Positions 1-8,786 of a DNA stretch of 13,736 nucleotides are shown here, piece by piece. The notes under the pieces are model-generated. The model was not told the origin of the DNA, ran no database searches, and saw nothing but the letters and a program-made list of their open reading frames with translations. Source of the DNA: Octopus sinensis (lineage: Eukaryota); NCBI RefSeq assembly GCF_006345805.1, contig NW_021826154.1, positions 1 through 13,736 on the forward strand, read 5' to 3'. The translations under genes were made by a program, and so were the position numbers. Position 1 is the first letter of the stretch, and every line of letters starts with the position of its first letter.

Positions 1-165
1 ACTACATAACCGTTTACAGATACATATACAACCTATAATGAGCACACACCACTTGCAATGAAGTGCGTTCCAAAGATGCACTAAGCTAATACAGCTACCT
101 TTCGCGTACTATAAATAGTCATCTAACATTAAAATTTGCATACCATACACATGTGTATAAATGTA

Positions 166-168
<3 letters not shown>

Positions 169-204
<36 letters not shown>
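169..204. repeat. (TA)n microsatellite
   Basis: Pure AT dinucleotide run immediately 5' of a SINE. Confidence 0.95.
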
Positions 205-208
<4 letters not shown>

Positions 209-616
209 GGCGCAGGAGTGACTGTGTGGTAAGTAGCTTGCTTACCAACAACATGGTTCCAGGTTCAGTCCCACTGCGTGGCACCTTGGGCAAGTGTCTT
301 CTACTATAGCCTTGGGCCGACCAAAGCCTTGTGAGTGGATTTGGTAGATGGAAACTGAAAGAAGCCCGTCGTATATATGTATATGTATGTGTGTGTGTTT
401 GTGTGTTTGTGTGTCTGTGTTTGTCCCTCCAACATCGCTTGACAACCGATGCTGGTGTGTTTACGTCCCCGTAACTTAGCGGTTCGGCAAAAGAGACCGA
501 TAGAATAAGTACTAGGCTTACAAAGAATAAGTCCTGGTGGTCGATTTCCTCGATTAAAGGTGGTGCCCCAGCATGGCCGCAGTCAACTGACTGAAACAAG
601 TAAAAGAGTAAAGAGT
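209..616 (+). mobile_element. tRNA-derived SINE, family A (copy 1)
   Basis: Pol III A-box-like TGACTGTGTGG and B-box GGTTCAGTCC; CCTTGGGCAAGTGTCTT segment resembling the start of the CORE domain; internal (TA)/(TG) tract; tail AAGTAAAAGAGTAAAGAG; three further homologous copies in the window. Confidence 0.92.
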
Positions 617-638
617 ATATATATATATATATATATAT

Positions 639-679
<41 letters not shown>

Positions 680-793
680 CATACACAAATACACGCACGT
701 ATAAATGAATGAAGCGGAGGCAAGCATTCGTACGTGTGTATGCACGTCCACACTTACACAAATATACTCACACACATATACAATCTATATCTG

Positions 794-833
<40 letters not shown>

Positions 834-890
834 ATACACATACACACACTTACGCACGCACACACATATATACATACATATACATACATA
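617..890. repeat. Compound (TA)n/(CA)n/(TACA)n microsatellite
   Basis: Direct reading; source of the spurious YI/HT-rich ORFs. Confidence 0.9.
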
Positions 891-1094
891 CTCAAAATGT
901 TGTTGTGTACCGTTGGCGATTTTTTTCCTCTGTCTTCCCTTCTCTGGATCTTTCCTTCTCCTATGTTTCCGACGAAGAGCTCCACTCGAAACGTTAAACC
1001 CTCCTTCTTTCCTTCTTTCCTGAGCGTCCAATAATACTATATTTGTTCCACGTCCTCGCGTTGTTGTGTACTTTTGTGCTTTCATGTTTGGATT
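891..1094 (+). mobile_element. Short non-coding interspersed element carrying a minimal hammerhead-like motif (possibly Penelope-like pLTR-derived)
   Basis: Homologous partial copy at 5525-5610 (minus); both copies flanked by TA/TACA microsatellite; contains GTTT-CCGACGA-A-GAG(CTCCA)CTC-GAAA-CGT-T-AAAC. Confidence 0.7.
965..999 (+). ncRNA. Minimal type I hammerhead ribozyme fold (this copy has U4->C)
   Basis: Helix I GTTT(965-968)/AAAC(996-999); core CCGACGA(969-975); extra A; helix II GAG/CTC; GAAA(988-991); palindromic ACGT helix III; putative GUU cleavage triplet; the second copy reads GTTTCTGAC with canonical U4. Confidence 0.62.
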
Positions 1095-1379
1095 ATATAT
1101 ATATAATATATACATATATATATATGGTCAATATAGTATAGTGTACATTTAAGCACAAGAGAAAACTACATTTAACAGGTAATTTTTACACGCTAGAAGA
1201 AGCAGTCAAAACGACGAAAACCACATCTAAGGCAAATTTTCGAAGGGAATGGAAAATAATGACTTTTACCTTGTTATTTTTTACGGTTATACCTAGGTTT
1301 CAGATTATTTAACAAATAAAATAATTTGCCAGGCTTAATTCTCATCAGTAACCGTGCCCTAAGATGGAACATAATATAA

Positions 1380-1412
1380 TAATACATACATATATATATT
1401 ATATATATATAT

Positions 1413-1446
<34 letters not shown>

Positions 1447-1484
1447 TATATATATATATATATAATATATATATATATATTATA
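1380..1484. repeat. Imperfect (TA)n microsatellite
   Basis: Direct reading. Confidence 0.9.
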
Positions 1485-1772
1485 TGTTCATTCTTAAGGC
1501 ACGGATGAGGATTAGCCTGGCGTATGTATATATATATATAATACACACACACAAACGGAAATTAATGGAATGACAAAGGGACACGAATTAGATAACCAAC
1601 TTAATTAGCTTGCAGTTGTTTCTGCCATAAGACGGTTCGCACTCAGAGGTGAGTGCATGTGCATCCCTTTAAAGCTTCCTCGGATTATTTCACACGCTAT
1701 GGTCGCTCTCGGGTGACCACTCATTGTACAATACCTTAATGTTTATAGACATACATATAAATTTGTGTTACA

Positions 1773-1827
1773 ATAGACAAATAGACAGACAGACAGACAG
1801 ACAGATAGATAGATAGATAGATAGATA
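1773..1827. repeat. (GACA)n(GATA)n microsatellite
   Basis: Direct reading. Confidence 0.95.
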
Positions 1828-1988
1828 TGTTTCTTTATTAGCCACAAAGGGCTGCACACAGACAGGACAAATTACAAGGTAGAGCTTTTCTTTTGGGGGT
1901 AAAAAAAAGGTGGTTTGGTTTTCGATCAAACGGGATCGTAAAAGAAAAGAAAGAGGACAAAAAGGGAGAGATAAAATTTTAAAAAATA
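1828..1988 (-). mobile_element. Probable 3'-terminal fragment of a retroelement embedded in (GATA)n
   Basis: Minus strand is pyrimidine-rich and ends ...GTGGCT-AATAAA-GAAACA directly into (TATC)n; flanked on both sides by GATA tracts of the same polarity. Confidence 0.45.
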
Positions 1989-2231
<243 letters not shown>

Positions 2232-2450
2232 CGTGTCCGGTAAGTTCTCCGTCATCAATTCACCGCAGGGAAAGTTCACTGCCATCGATTTACCGGTTAT
2301 TTTCAATAGAATGGTGTTTTACTATTAATGTGAGTTACTATGGATATATTCTCTCTGTAAACTTTCCTCACGGTGAACTTTATTCGCTGTGAATTGATGG
2401 GGGTGAACTTCCCCTGCGGTGAATTGTCGGCGGTGACCTTACCTGTAACC
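2232..2450. mobile_element. MITE / foldback-like non-autonomous DNA element with ~55-bp imperfect TIRs
   Basis: Left GGTAAGTTCTCCGTCATCAATTCACCGCAGGGAAAGTTCACTGCCATCGATTTAC versus reverse complement of right end GGTAAGGTCACCGCCGACAATTCACCGCAGGGGAAGTTCACCCCCATCAATTCAC; AT-rich spacer; exact ends uncertain. Confidence 0.8.
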
Positions 2451-2460
2451 AGATAGTAAT

Positions 2461-2884
2461 ACTCTTTTACTCTATTCAGTCATTTGACTGTGGCCATGCT
2501 GGAGCACCGCCTTTAGTCAAGCAAATCGACCCCAGGACTTATTCTTTGTAAGCCAAGTACTTATTCCACCGGTCACTTTTTCCGAACCACTAAATTACGG
2601 GGACGTAAGCACACCAGCATCGGTTGTCAAGCGATGTTGGGGGACAAACACAGACACAAACATACCACACACGTAATATATATATATATATATATATTAT
2701 ATATTATATATATACATATATACGACGGCTTCTTTCAGTTTCCGTCTACCAAATCCACTCAGAGGCTTTGGTCGTCGTGAGGCTATAGTTGAAGACACTT
2801 GCCCAAGGTGCCATGCAGTGAGATTGAACCTGGAACCATGTGGTTCGTAAGCAAACTACTTACCACACAGCCACTCCTACGCCT
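2461..2884 (-). mobile_element. tRNA-derived SINE, family A (copy 2)
   Basis: Full-length reverse-complement match to 209-616. Confidence 0.92.
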
Positions 2885-3075
2885 AGATGATGAATTTTAT
2901 TTTCCTTTCATTATTCTCATTTCAACAATACATGTTGCTGACACAATATGTGTATAATTCATTTCGAGAGTATTACAACTAATTACCGATGTTCTTGTGT
3001 TTATCTAGTCTAACAAAGGTCAGCAAAAGGATGAACGCGTATCCCATAATCATTGGAGGCGGTGGACTGACCGAA

Positions 3076-3443
3076 TCTACAATGTTCTTCCATTTATCTG
3101 GTAGACTTGCAAGAACCCCTCTTCCAAAATTCACTTGTCCGTGATGAAAAATACCACTCCAGTACTGTTCAGACCTTGTCTACAGAATTCATATTCTTTC
3201 CGTCCTAATGATTTTGGAATAAAGACTATGGAATAAATGATAATCAGATGGGGCAATGTCAGTCGAATATGGTGGGTGGGGCATCGTTTCCCATTCAAAT
3301 TGCTCTAGTCTTATGCGGCCAAGCGTTAACCCGATGGAAGAACACCTTTCATCTTGAAACCAAAGACAGTCGTTTTTCTTCTAGCGCTGACTTATGCCGC
3401 TCAAGCTGCTCGCGATAGATCTCCTTTGTTATCGTTTGGTTTG
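3076..3443 (-). pseudogene. Decayed mariner (Tc1/mariner) transposase, C-terminal catalytic region
   Basis: Manual minus-strand translation across stops/frameshifts: NQTITKEIYREQLERHKSALEEKRLSLVSR*KVFFHRVNAWPH / RLEQFEWETMPHPPYSTDIAPSDYHLF / QNH*DGKNMNSVDKV / LASLPDKWKNIV; HPPYSxDxAPSDYHLF is the mariner signature. Confidence 0.9.
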
Positions 3444-3444
3444 A

Positions 3445-3451
3445 CGATGGC

Positions 3452-3484
<33 letters not shown>

Positions 3485-3495
3485 AACGACGATGA
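3445..3495. repeat. (GAT)n microsatellite
   Basis: Direct reading. Confidence 0.9.
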
Positions 3496-3627
3496 CCAGA
3501 TATGTATCTATAAAGCTTTTCATTCCTGTTACACTAATAATACAAAAAAAAAAAAAACAGCAATCAAGTGTAAGCACGGAAAAAAATGGTGGAGGTAAAT
3601 ATGTTGGTTATTGTATTACTTTTTAAA

Positions 3628-4548
3628 GGCGGCGAGCTGGCAGAAACGTTAGCACGCCGGGCGAAATGCTCAGCGGCATTTCGTCTGCCGCTACGTTCTC
3701 AGTTCAAATTCCGCCGAGGTCAACTTTGCCATTCATCCTTTCGGGGTCGATTAAATAAGTACCAGTTACGCACTGGGGTCGATGTAATCGACTTAATACC
3801 TATGTCTGTCCTTGTTTGTCCCCTCTCTGTTTAGACCCTTGTGGGTAGTATTTCGTCTACTGTTACGTTCTGAGTTCAAAATCCGCCGAGGTGACTTTGC
3901 CTTTCATCCTTTCGGGGTCGGTAAATTAAGTACCAGTTACGCACTGGGGTCGATGTAATCGACTTAATACCTATGTCTGTCCTTGTTTGTCCCCTCTCTG
4001 TTTAGCCCCTTGTGGGTAGTATTTCGTCTACTGTTACGTTCTGAGTTCAAATTCCGCCGAGGTCAACTTTGCCTTTCATCCTTTCGGGTTCGATAAATTA
4101 AGTATCAGCTACGCACTGGGGTCGATGTAATCGACTTAATACCTATGTCTGTCCTTGTTTATCCCCTCTCTGTTTAGCCCCTTGTGGGTAGTATTTCGTC
4201 TACTGTTACGTTCCGAGTTCAAATTCCACCGAGGTCGACTTTGCCTTTCGTCCTTTCGGGTTCGATAAATTAAGTACCAGTTACGGACTGGGGTCGATGT
4301 AATCGACTTAATACCTATGTCTGTCCTTGTTTATCCCCTCTCTGTTTAGCCCCTTGTGGATAGTATTTCGTCTACTGTCACGTTCTGAGTTCAAAATCCG
4401 CAGAGGTCGACTTTGCCTTTCATCCTTTCGGGGTCGATAAATTAAGTACCAGTTACGCACTGGGGTCGATATAATCGACTTAATCCGTTTATCTGTCCTT
4501 GTTTGTCCTCTCTGTTTTTGCCCCTTGTGGGTACGAAAAAAGATAGGT
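3628..4548 (+). mobile_element. tRNA-derived SINE, family B, with body amplified into five head-to-tail ~172-bp units
   Basis: Single head GGCGGCGAGCTGGCAGAAACGTTAGCACGCCGG; units start at TTTCGTCT at 3679, 3851, 4022, 4194 and 4366; each has B-box-like AGTTCAAA(T/A)TCC and a GTCGAT-RTA-ATCGAC hairpin. Confidence 0.93.
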
Positions 4549-5083
4549 GATTGTATTTCTTTTTAGAAAGGAAAATGCAAGTGAACAGAAGCCATACTAT
4601 AGAAAAATTTTGAGGACAAAAAATATAATTGCTAGTGAAACTTATTGCTCATTAAATAAAGTATTATGAAGCGTATCAACTAATAACAGGTAGCGTTTGA
4701 AATGTAACTTCCTTAAAAGGTATCAATATAAGCGCAGTTACCAAGTGTACCGTCAATAGTTTTAGAGTAGAACGCACGGGGATAATAGATCGTAAATTTG
4801 ATATGTAATAAGAAAGCTATTAGTGGTTAAATTTTGTGGAATATCGTAAAATAATATAAATTTGTTACGAACGAGAATGTAAAAACAAACATGATATTAC
4901 ATGAAATAATGTAATTGAACAGTTTTTGGTGCAAATATTCTATATTTGCAGGGATTATAAACAAGTACAAAAAATAATTGGAAAATGTAGTAAAGAAATT
5001 AGAGGAGAGTGTATAAAAGCACTTCTGTGCAGTGCATGCCGGGTAATGATAGGTTAATGAAAATACTATAGTAGATCATGCTT

Positions 5084-5404
5084 ATACATACATACATACA
5101 CACACACATACATACATACACACATACATACATACATACATACATTCATACATTCATTCATGCATATATACATACATACGTACATTCATACATATATACA
5201 TTCATACATACACACATACATACATACATAAATAAATACATATATACATACATTCATACGTACATACATTCATACATACAAAAATACATACATACATTCA
5301 TTCATTCATACATACATACACACACACATACATACATACATACATACATACATACATACATACATACATGCATACATACATACATTCATACATACATACA
5401 TACA

Positions 5405-5438
<34 letters not shown>

Positions 5439-5524
5439 CATACATACATACATTCATACATACACTCATTCATTCATACATACATAATACATACATAAAT
5501 ACATACATTCATACATACATACAT
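5084..5524. repeat. Long imperfect (TACA)n/(TTCA)n microsatellite
   Basis: Direct reading; explains the HTYI-repeat ORF 5078-5710. Confidence 0.95.
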
Positions 5525-5606
5525 GTCAGAAACATAGAAAAAAGAAAGATCCCAGGAAGGGAAGAAGGAGAAAGAAAATCGCCAACGATACACACGCGGT
5601 CACATT

Positions 5607-5610
<4 letters not shown>
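5525..5610 (-). mobile_element. Partial second copy of the hammerhead-bearing element
   Basis: Reverse complement TCAAAATGTGACCGCGTGTGTATCGTTGGCGATTTT...CTATGTTTCTGAC aligns with 892-973; truncated inside the ribozyme core. Confidence 0.8.
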
Positions 5611-5680
<70 letters not shown>

Positions 5681-5700
5681 GTGTGTGTGTGTGTGTGTCT
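5611..5700. repeat. (TA)n(TG)n microsatellite
   Basis: Direct reading. Confidence 0.95.
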
Positions 5701-5710
5701 ATGTATATAA

Positions 5711-5986
5711 CCAGGTTTTCCGTCGTTTACGACGACTGGTGTTCCATTTGAGGCAATCGACCGAACAGCATGTCCGTGAAATTAACGTGCGAGTGGTTGA
5801 GTACCTCGCAGACATAGAATATGACAAAGCCGGCCTTCTGAATTACAGGCGCAACTCATTTTTGCCAGCTGAGAGAACTGGAGCAAGGGGAAAATAAAGT
5901 GTCTTGCTCAAGGATACAATGTGACGCCGGGAGTCGAATTAAAGATCGTGCGATCGTGATCCGAATGCCCTACCACGAAGCCACAC
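5711..5986 (-). mobile_element. Diverged tRNA-derived SINE, family C
   Basis: Minus strand GTGGCTTCGTGGTAGGGCATTCGG (A-box-like), AATTCGACTCCC (B-box-like), then TCCTTGAGCAAGACACTTTA...CAGCTGGCAAAAATGAGT (CORE/V-like central domain). Confidence 0.7.
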
Positions 5987-6280
5987 ACCTACACACATAC
6001 ACACATACACACACATACACAAGCACAAACACACACACACACAAGTACACACACAAGCACACACACATGTACGTACACATAAACACACGCACACACACAC
6101 ACATGCATACCCTCACAAACATATACACGCACGCACACGCATACACATACACATATTCACACACATTTTCCAATAAGTATATACAGACATATATATGATA
6201 TATAACATATAATATATATACATATATATATATATATACTACATAACGCTCTCACACATATATATATACAAATATATATA

Positions 6281-6318
<38 letters not shown>

Positions 6319-6360
6319 CATAACGCACTCACACATATATATACAAATATATTTATATAT
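5987..6360. repeat. Compound (CA)n/(TA)n microsatellite with ACATAACGC(A/T)CTCACACA minisatellite units
   Basis: Direct reading; units at 6240 and 6317, with a third at 6486. Confidence 0.85.
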
Positions 6361-6468
6361 TGCTCGCTTAGCCAGCGGGGTGGCGTCATTCGAAGGCTAC
6401 AACAATGCGAACGCATTGTGACCAGCGATGTGTAACAACATCTGATGGTCTGGTCGGTCACGTGATCA
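6361..6468 (+). mobile_element. 5'-truncated SINE family D (3' end)
   Basis: Matches the 3' third of the full-length copy at 12141-12456, including GATGTGTAACAACATC and the CACGTGATCA tail. Confidence 0.9.
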
Positions 6469-6614
6469 TATATATATATATATACTACATAACGCACTCA
6501 CACATATATATACAAATATATATATATATATACACACATACACACATACATATATACATGTATACTTACACATATACATAAATGTGTGTGCGTGTGTGTG
6601 TGTGTGTGTGTATG

Positions 6615-6653
<39 letters not shown>

Positions 6654-6680
6654 GTGTGTGTGTGCGGATATGTATGTATA
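6469..6680. repeat. Compound (TA)n/(CA)n/(TG)n microsatellite
   Basis: Direct reading. Confidence 0.9.
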
Positions 6681-7334
6681 TTTAGGTAGCAATTTCAAGT
6701 TTACCCAAACTTGACGAACTAATATAAGGAAGAGAGAAAAAAATATTGTTAATCACACGTAAGATCCGGAAGTATAGTGTAAAAAAAAAACCAAAACAAA
6801 AAAGAAAACGTAAGATAAGGGACAGAAAACATTCCACGTTAATGATTTGTTGCCTGGGGGTTTTAATCGCCAAGGGAAAATCTTGTGTATGTATATAATA
6901 TTTAGTAGGGTTTTACGATGATAGTTCTACTAGGGATAATATGGTGGACAATTTAATTACGTGAATGTGGTTTCTGTTTAATAGTGCATGTGATAGGAAG
7001 ATAGTTTGTAGATGCAGGCGGATGTATAATTTAAAGTATAATGGGTTTTAATGTGTAGATAAAATGCTAGATATGCTGTTTGCAGTTTGGTGGATATTTG
7101 TTAAGGACACAAGCAAAGATAGCAATTAGAGCCAATTGGATACAATCACTCCGAAATTGGGTAAGGAAAATAATTGGAGAAACTAGATAAAAGCTGAAAT
7201 TATTACGTAGAGTACAGCTCTCGCATATCTATCTACACACACACGCAGGCACATACACATACACACATGTATACATGCATAAACACACACGTACATACAT
7301 GCGTACACACATACATTGTTGTTTGTTGTTGTTA

Positions 7335-7663
7335 TCTCTCTATATATAAACGTCAAAATGTCTGCGTGTGTGTCCTTTATACAAATCCACAATTTTTCAG
7401 TTAGAGGGCTCACACTTTCTATGGTCATTCAAAACCGTCCACGGGTGGTCGTGCACATCGTTACATTTCCCCAGTCACCCCGCAATAAAAGTGACATTTT
7501 TTGTGAATTTTCTATCCAAAACCCAATCAATATACCCGAAACTTGATACCTCAATTGAATGCCACCTAGCTGTATGTGATTGGTCGGAGATTTGGACAGT
7601 ACTCGCGTGTATGTGCGCACGCACGCAGCTGTATATGCATGCACTAGCAGTATGTAGTGCTAG
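7335..7663 (+). mobile_element. Probable non-autonomous Helitron
   Basis: A|TC 5' end (TCTCTCTATATATAAA...GTCTGCGTGTGTGT), CTAG|T 3' end, terminal inverted repeats (GCACTA/TAGTGC; ACTAGCA/TGCTAGT), no TSD. Confidence 0.55.
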
Positions 7664-7665
7664 TC

Positions 7666-7690
7666 ATTATTATTATTATTATTATTATTA

Positions 7691-7739
<49 letters not shown>
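7666..7739. repeat. (ATT)n tract 1
   Basis: Direct reading; 3' tail/target of Dong-like element 1. Confidence 0.95.
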
Positions 7740-7742
<3 letters not shown>

Positions 7743-8714
7743 TAGTTTTATTTTCATAGCGTGCTTTCACTTCACTACCGAGCGCAGCTCTGTGTGCCTT
7801 GGGTATATGCTGTGATTTGTTGTGATGCTCTGATGGTTATTGTATGGAAAGTGTTCTGCGTAGGATGTGTGCAGTGCCTAGTAGTGCAATTTTCTGTATG
7901 TTATATGTGTTTGTAAGTCCTGGTGTTTTTGTTATGTATTTGTCTGAATATTTTTTTATCATGCCTAATGCACCTACTATGATAGGAATTGTTACTGTTT
8001 TTAAATTCCACATTCTGGTTATCTCTATTTCCAGGTCTTTGTATTTTGAAAGTTTCTCCATTTCTTTTAGAGACACGTTGTCATCTGCCGGTATTGATAC
8101 ATCAATTAGAAAGCATTTTTTTCCTTCATGATCTCTGACAACTATATCTGGTCTGTTGGCCTTAATTTCTCTATCTGTGTGTATCGGCATATCCCAGAGT
8201 ATGGTTGCTTTCTCGTTTTCTGTGACCTTTTCTGGTGTGTGCCTATACCATCTTTTTTCTGTTGTTATTCCATAATGTTGGCATAGCTTCCAATGTATGT
8301 AGGTTCCAACTCTGTCATGTCTGTGAATATATTCCTTCTTAGCCAGGACTGGGCAGCTAGAGATAATATGATTTATTGTTTCTTGTCCATCTCCACATAT
8401 TCTGCAGTTACTTGTAATATTTCTTTTCATTACATGTTTTTGGTAATTTCTGGTGGGGAGGCTTTGGTCTTGTGCTGCAATTAAAAATCCCTCTGTTTCT
8501 GCTTTGAGTCCTGAGCTTCTCAGCCATTGCTGGGATTTTTCTTTGTCTATTTCTTTTGCGTTTAGTTTAGTGCAGTATTTACCATGAAGGGGTTTTTCTT
8601 GCCATCGTTTTATCATGGCTCGTTGCTGTTCTATTTTTAGTTTGGATTTCATTTGTTTTATAGCTTTTGTTGTTTCTTCATCATCTTCTTCTTCTTCTTT
8701 GTGTTTATTAGGTG

Positions 8715-8715
<1 letters not shown>
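7740..8715 (-). mobile_element. 5'-truncated R4/Dong-clade non-LTR retrotransposon (element 1)
   Basis: RLE-type ORF C-terminus, ~97-bp 3' UTR ending AATAAA-ACTACTG-(AAT)n; (AAT)n at both junctions. Confidence 0.88.
7837..8652 (-). CDS. C-terminal part of R4/Dong ORF: CCHC zinc knuckle plus PD-(D/E)xK restriction-like endonuclease (no RT in window; frame stays open upstream of the Met to the 8715 junction)
   Basis: WQEKPLHGKY, LKAETEGFLIAAQDQSLPTRNY, CRICGDGQETINHIISSC, HRHD, RPDIVV...LIDVSIP...KEMEKLSKY, ALLGTAHILRRTL; no stops or frameshifts. Confidence 0.9.
   Translation of the reverse strand: MKSKLKIEQQRAMIKRWQEKPLHGKYCTKLNAKEIDKEKSQQWLRSSGLKAETEGFLIAAQDQSLPTRNYQKHVMKRNITSNCRICGDGQETINHIISSCPVLAKKEYIHRHDRVGTYIHWKLCQHYGITTEKRWYRHTPEKVTENEKATILWDMPIHTDREIKANRPDIVVRDHEGKKCFLIDVSIPADDNVSLKEMEKLSKYKDLEIEITRMWNLKTVTIPIIVGALGMIKKYSDKYITKTPGLTNTYNIQKIALLGTAHILRRTLSIQ

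Positions 8716-8786
<71 letters not shown>
8716..8786. repeat. (ATT)n tract 2
   Basis: Direct reading; separates Dong-like elements 1 and 2. Confidence 0.95.

Noticed and set aside
129-1115. Multiple overlapping YI/HT/CV-rich ORFs (also 5078-5710, 5899-6698 and 13025-13244)
   Set aside because: Translations of TA/CA/TACA microsatellites and SINE A; no protein motifs
1193-1225. Hammerhead-like CTAGAAGA-AGCA-GTC(AAAAC)GAC-GAAAAC
   Set aside because: Both core motifs carry insertions and there is no helix I/III or NUH triplet
3679-4548. CRISPR-like or rRNA-like regular array
   Set aside because: Units are whole near-identical ~172-bp repeats without unique spacers, derived from a SINE; eukaryotic context
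4550-5080. AT-rich unique stretch with TATAAAAG (also unannotated 6700-7200)
   Set aside because: No ORF, repeat or structure beyond chance expectation that I can support
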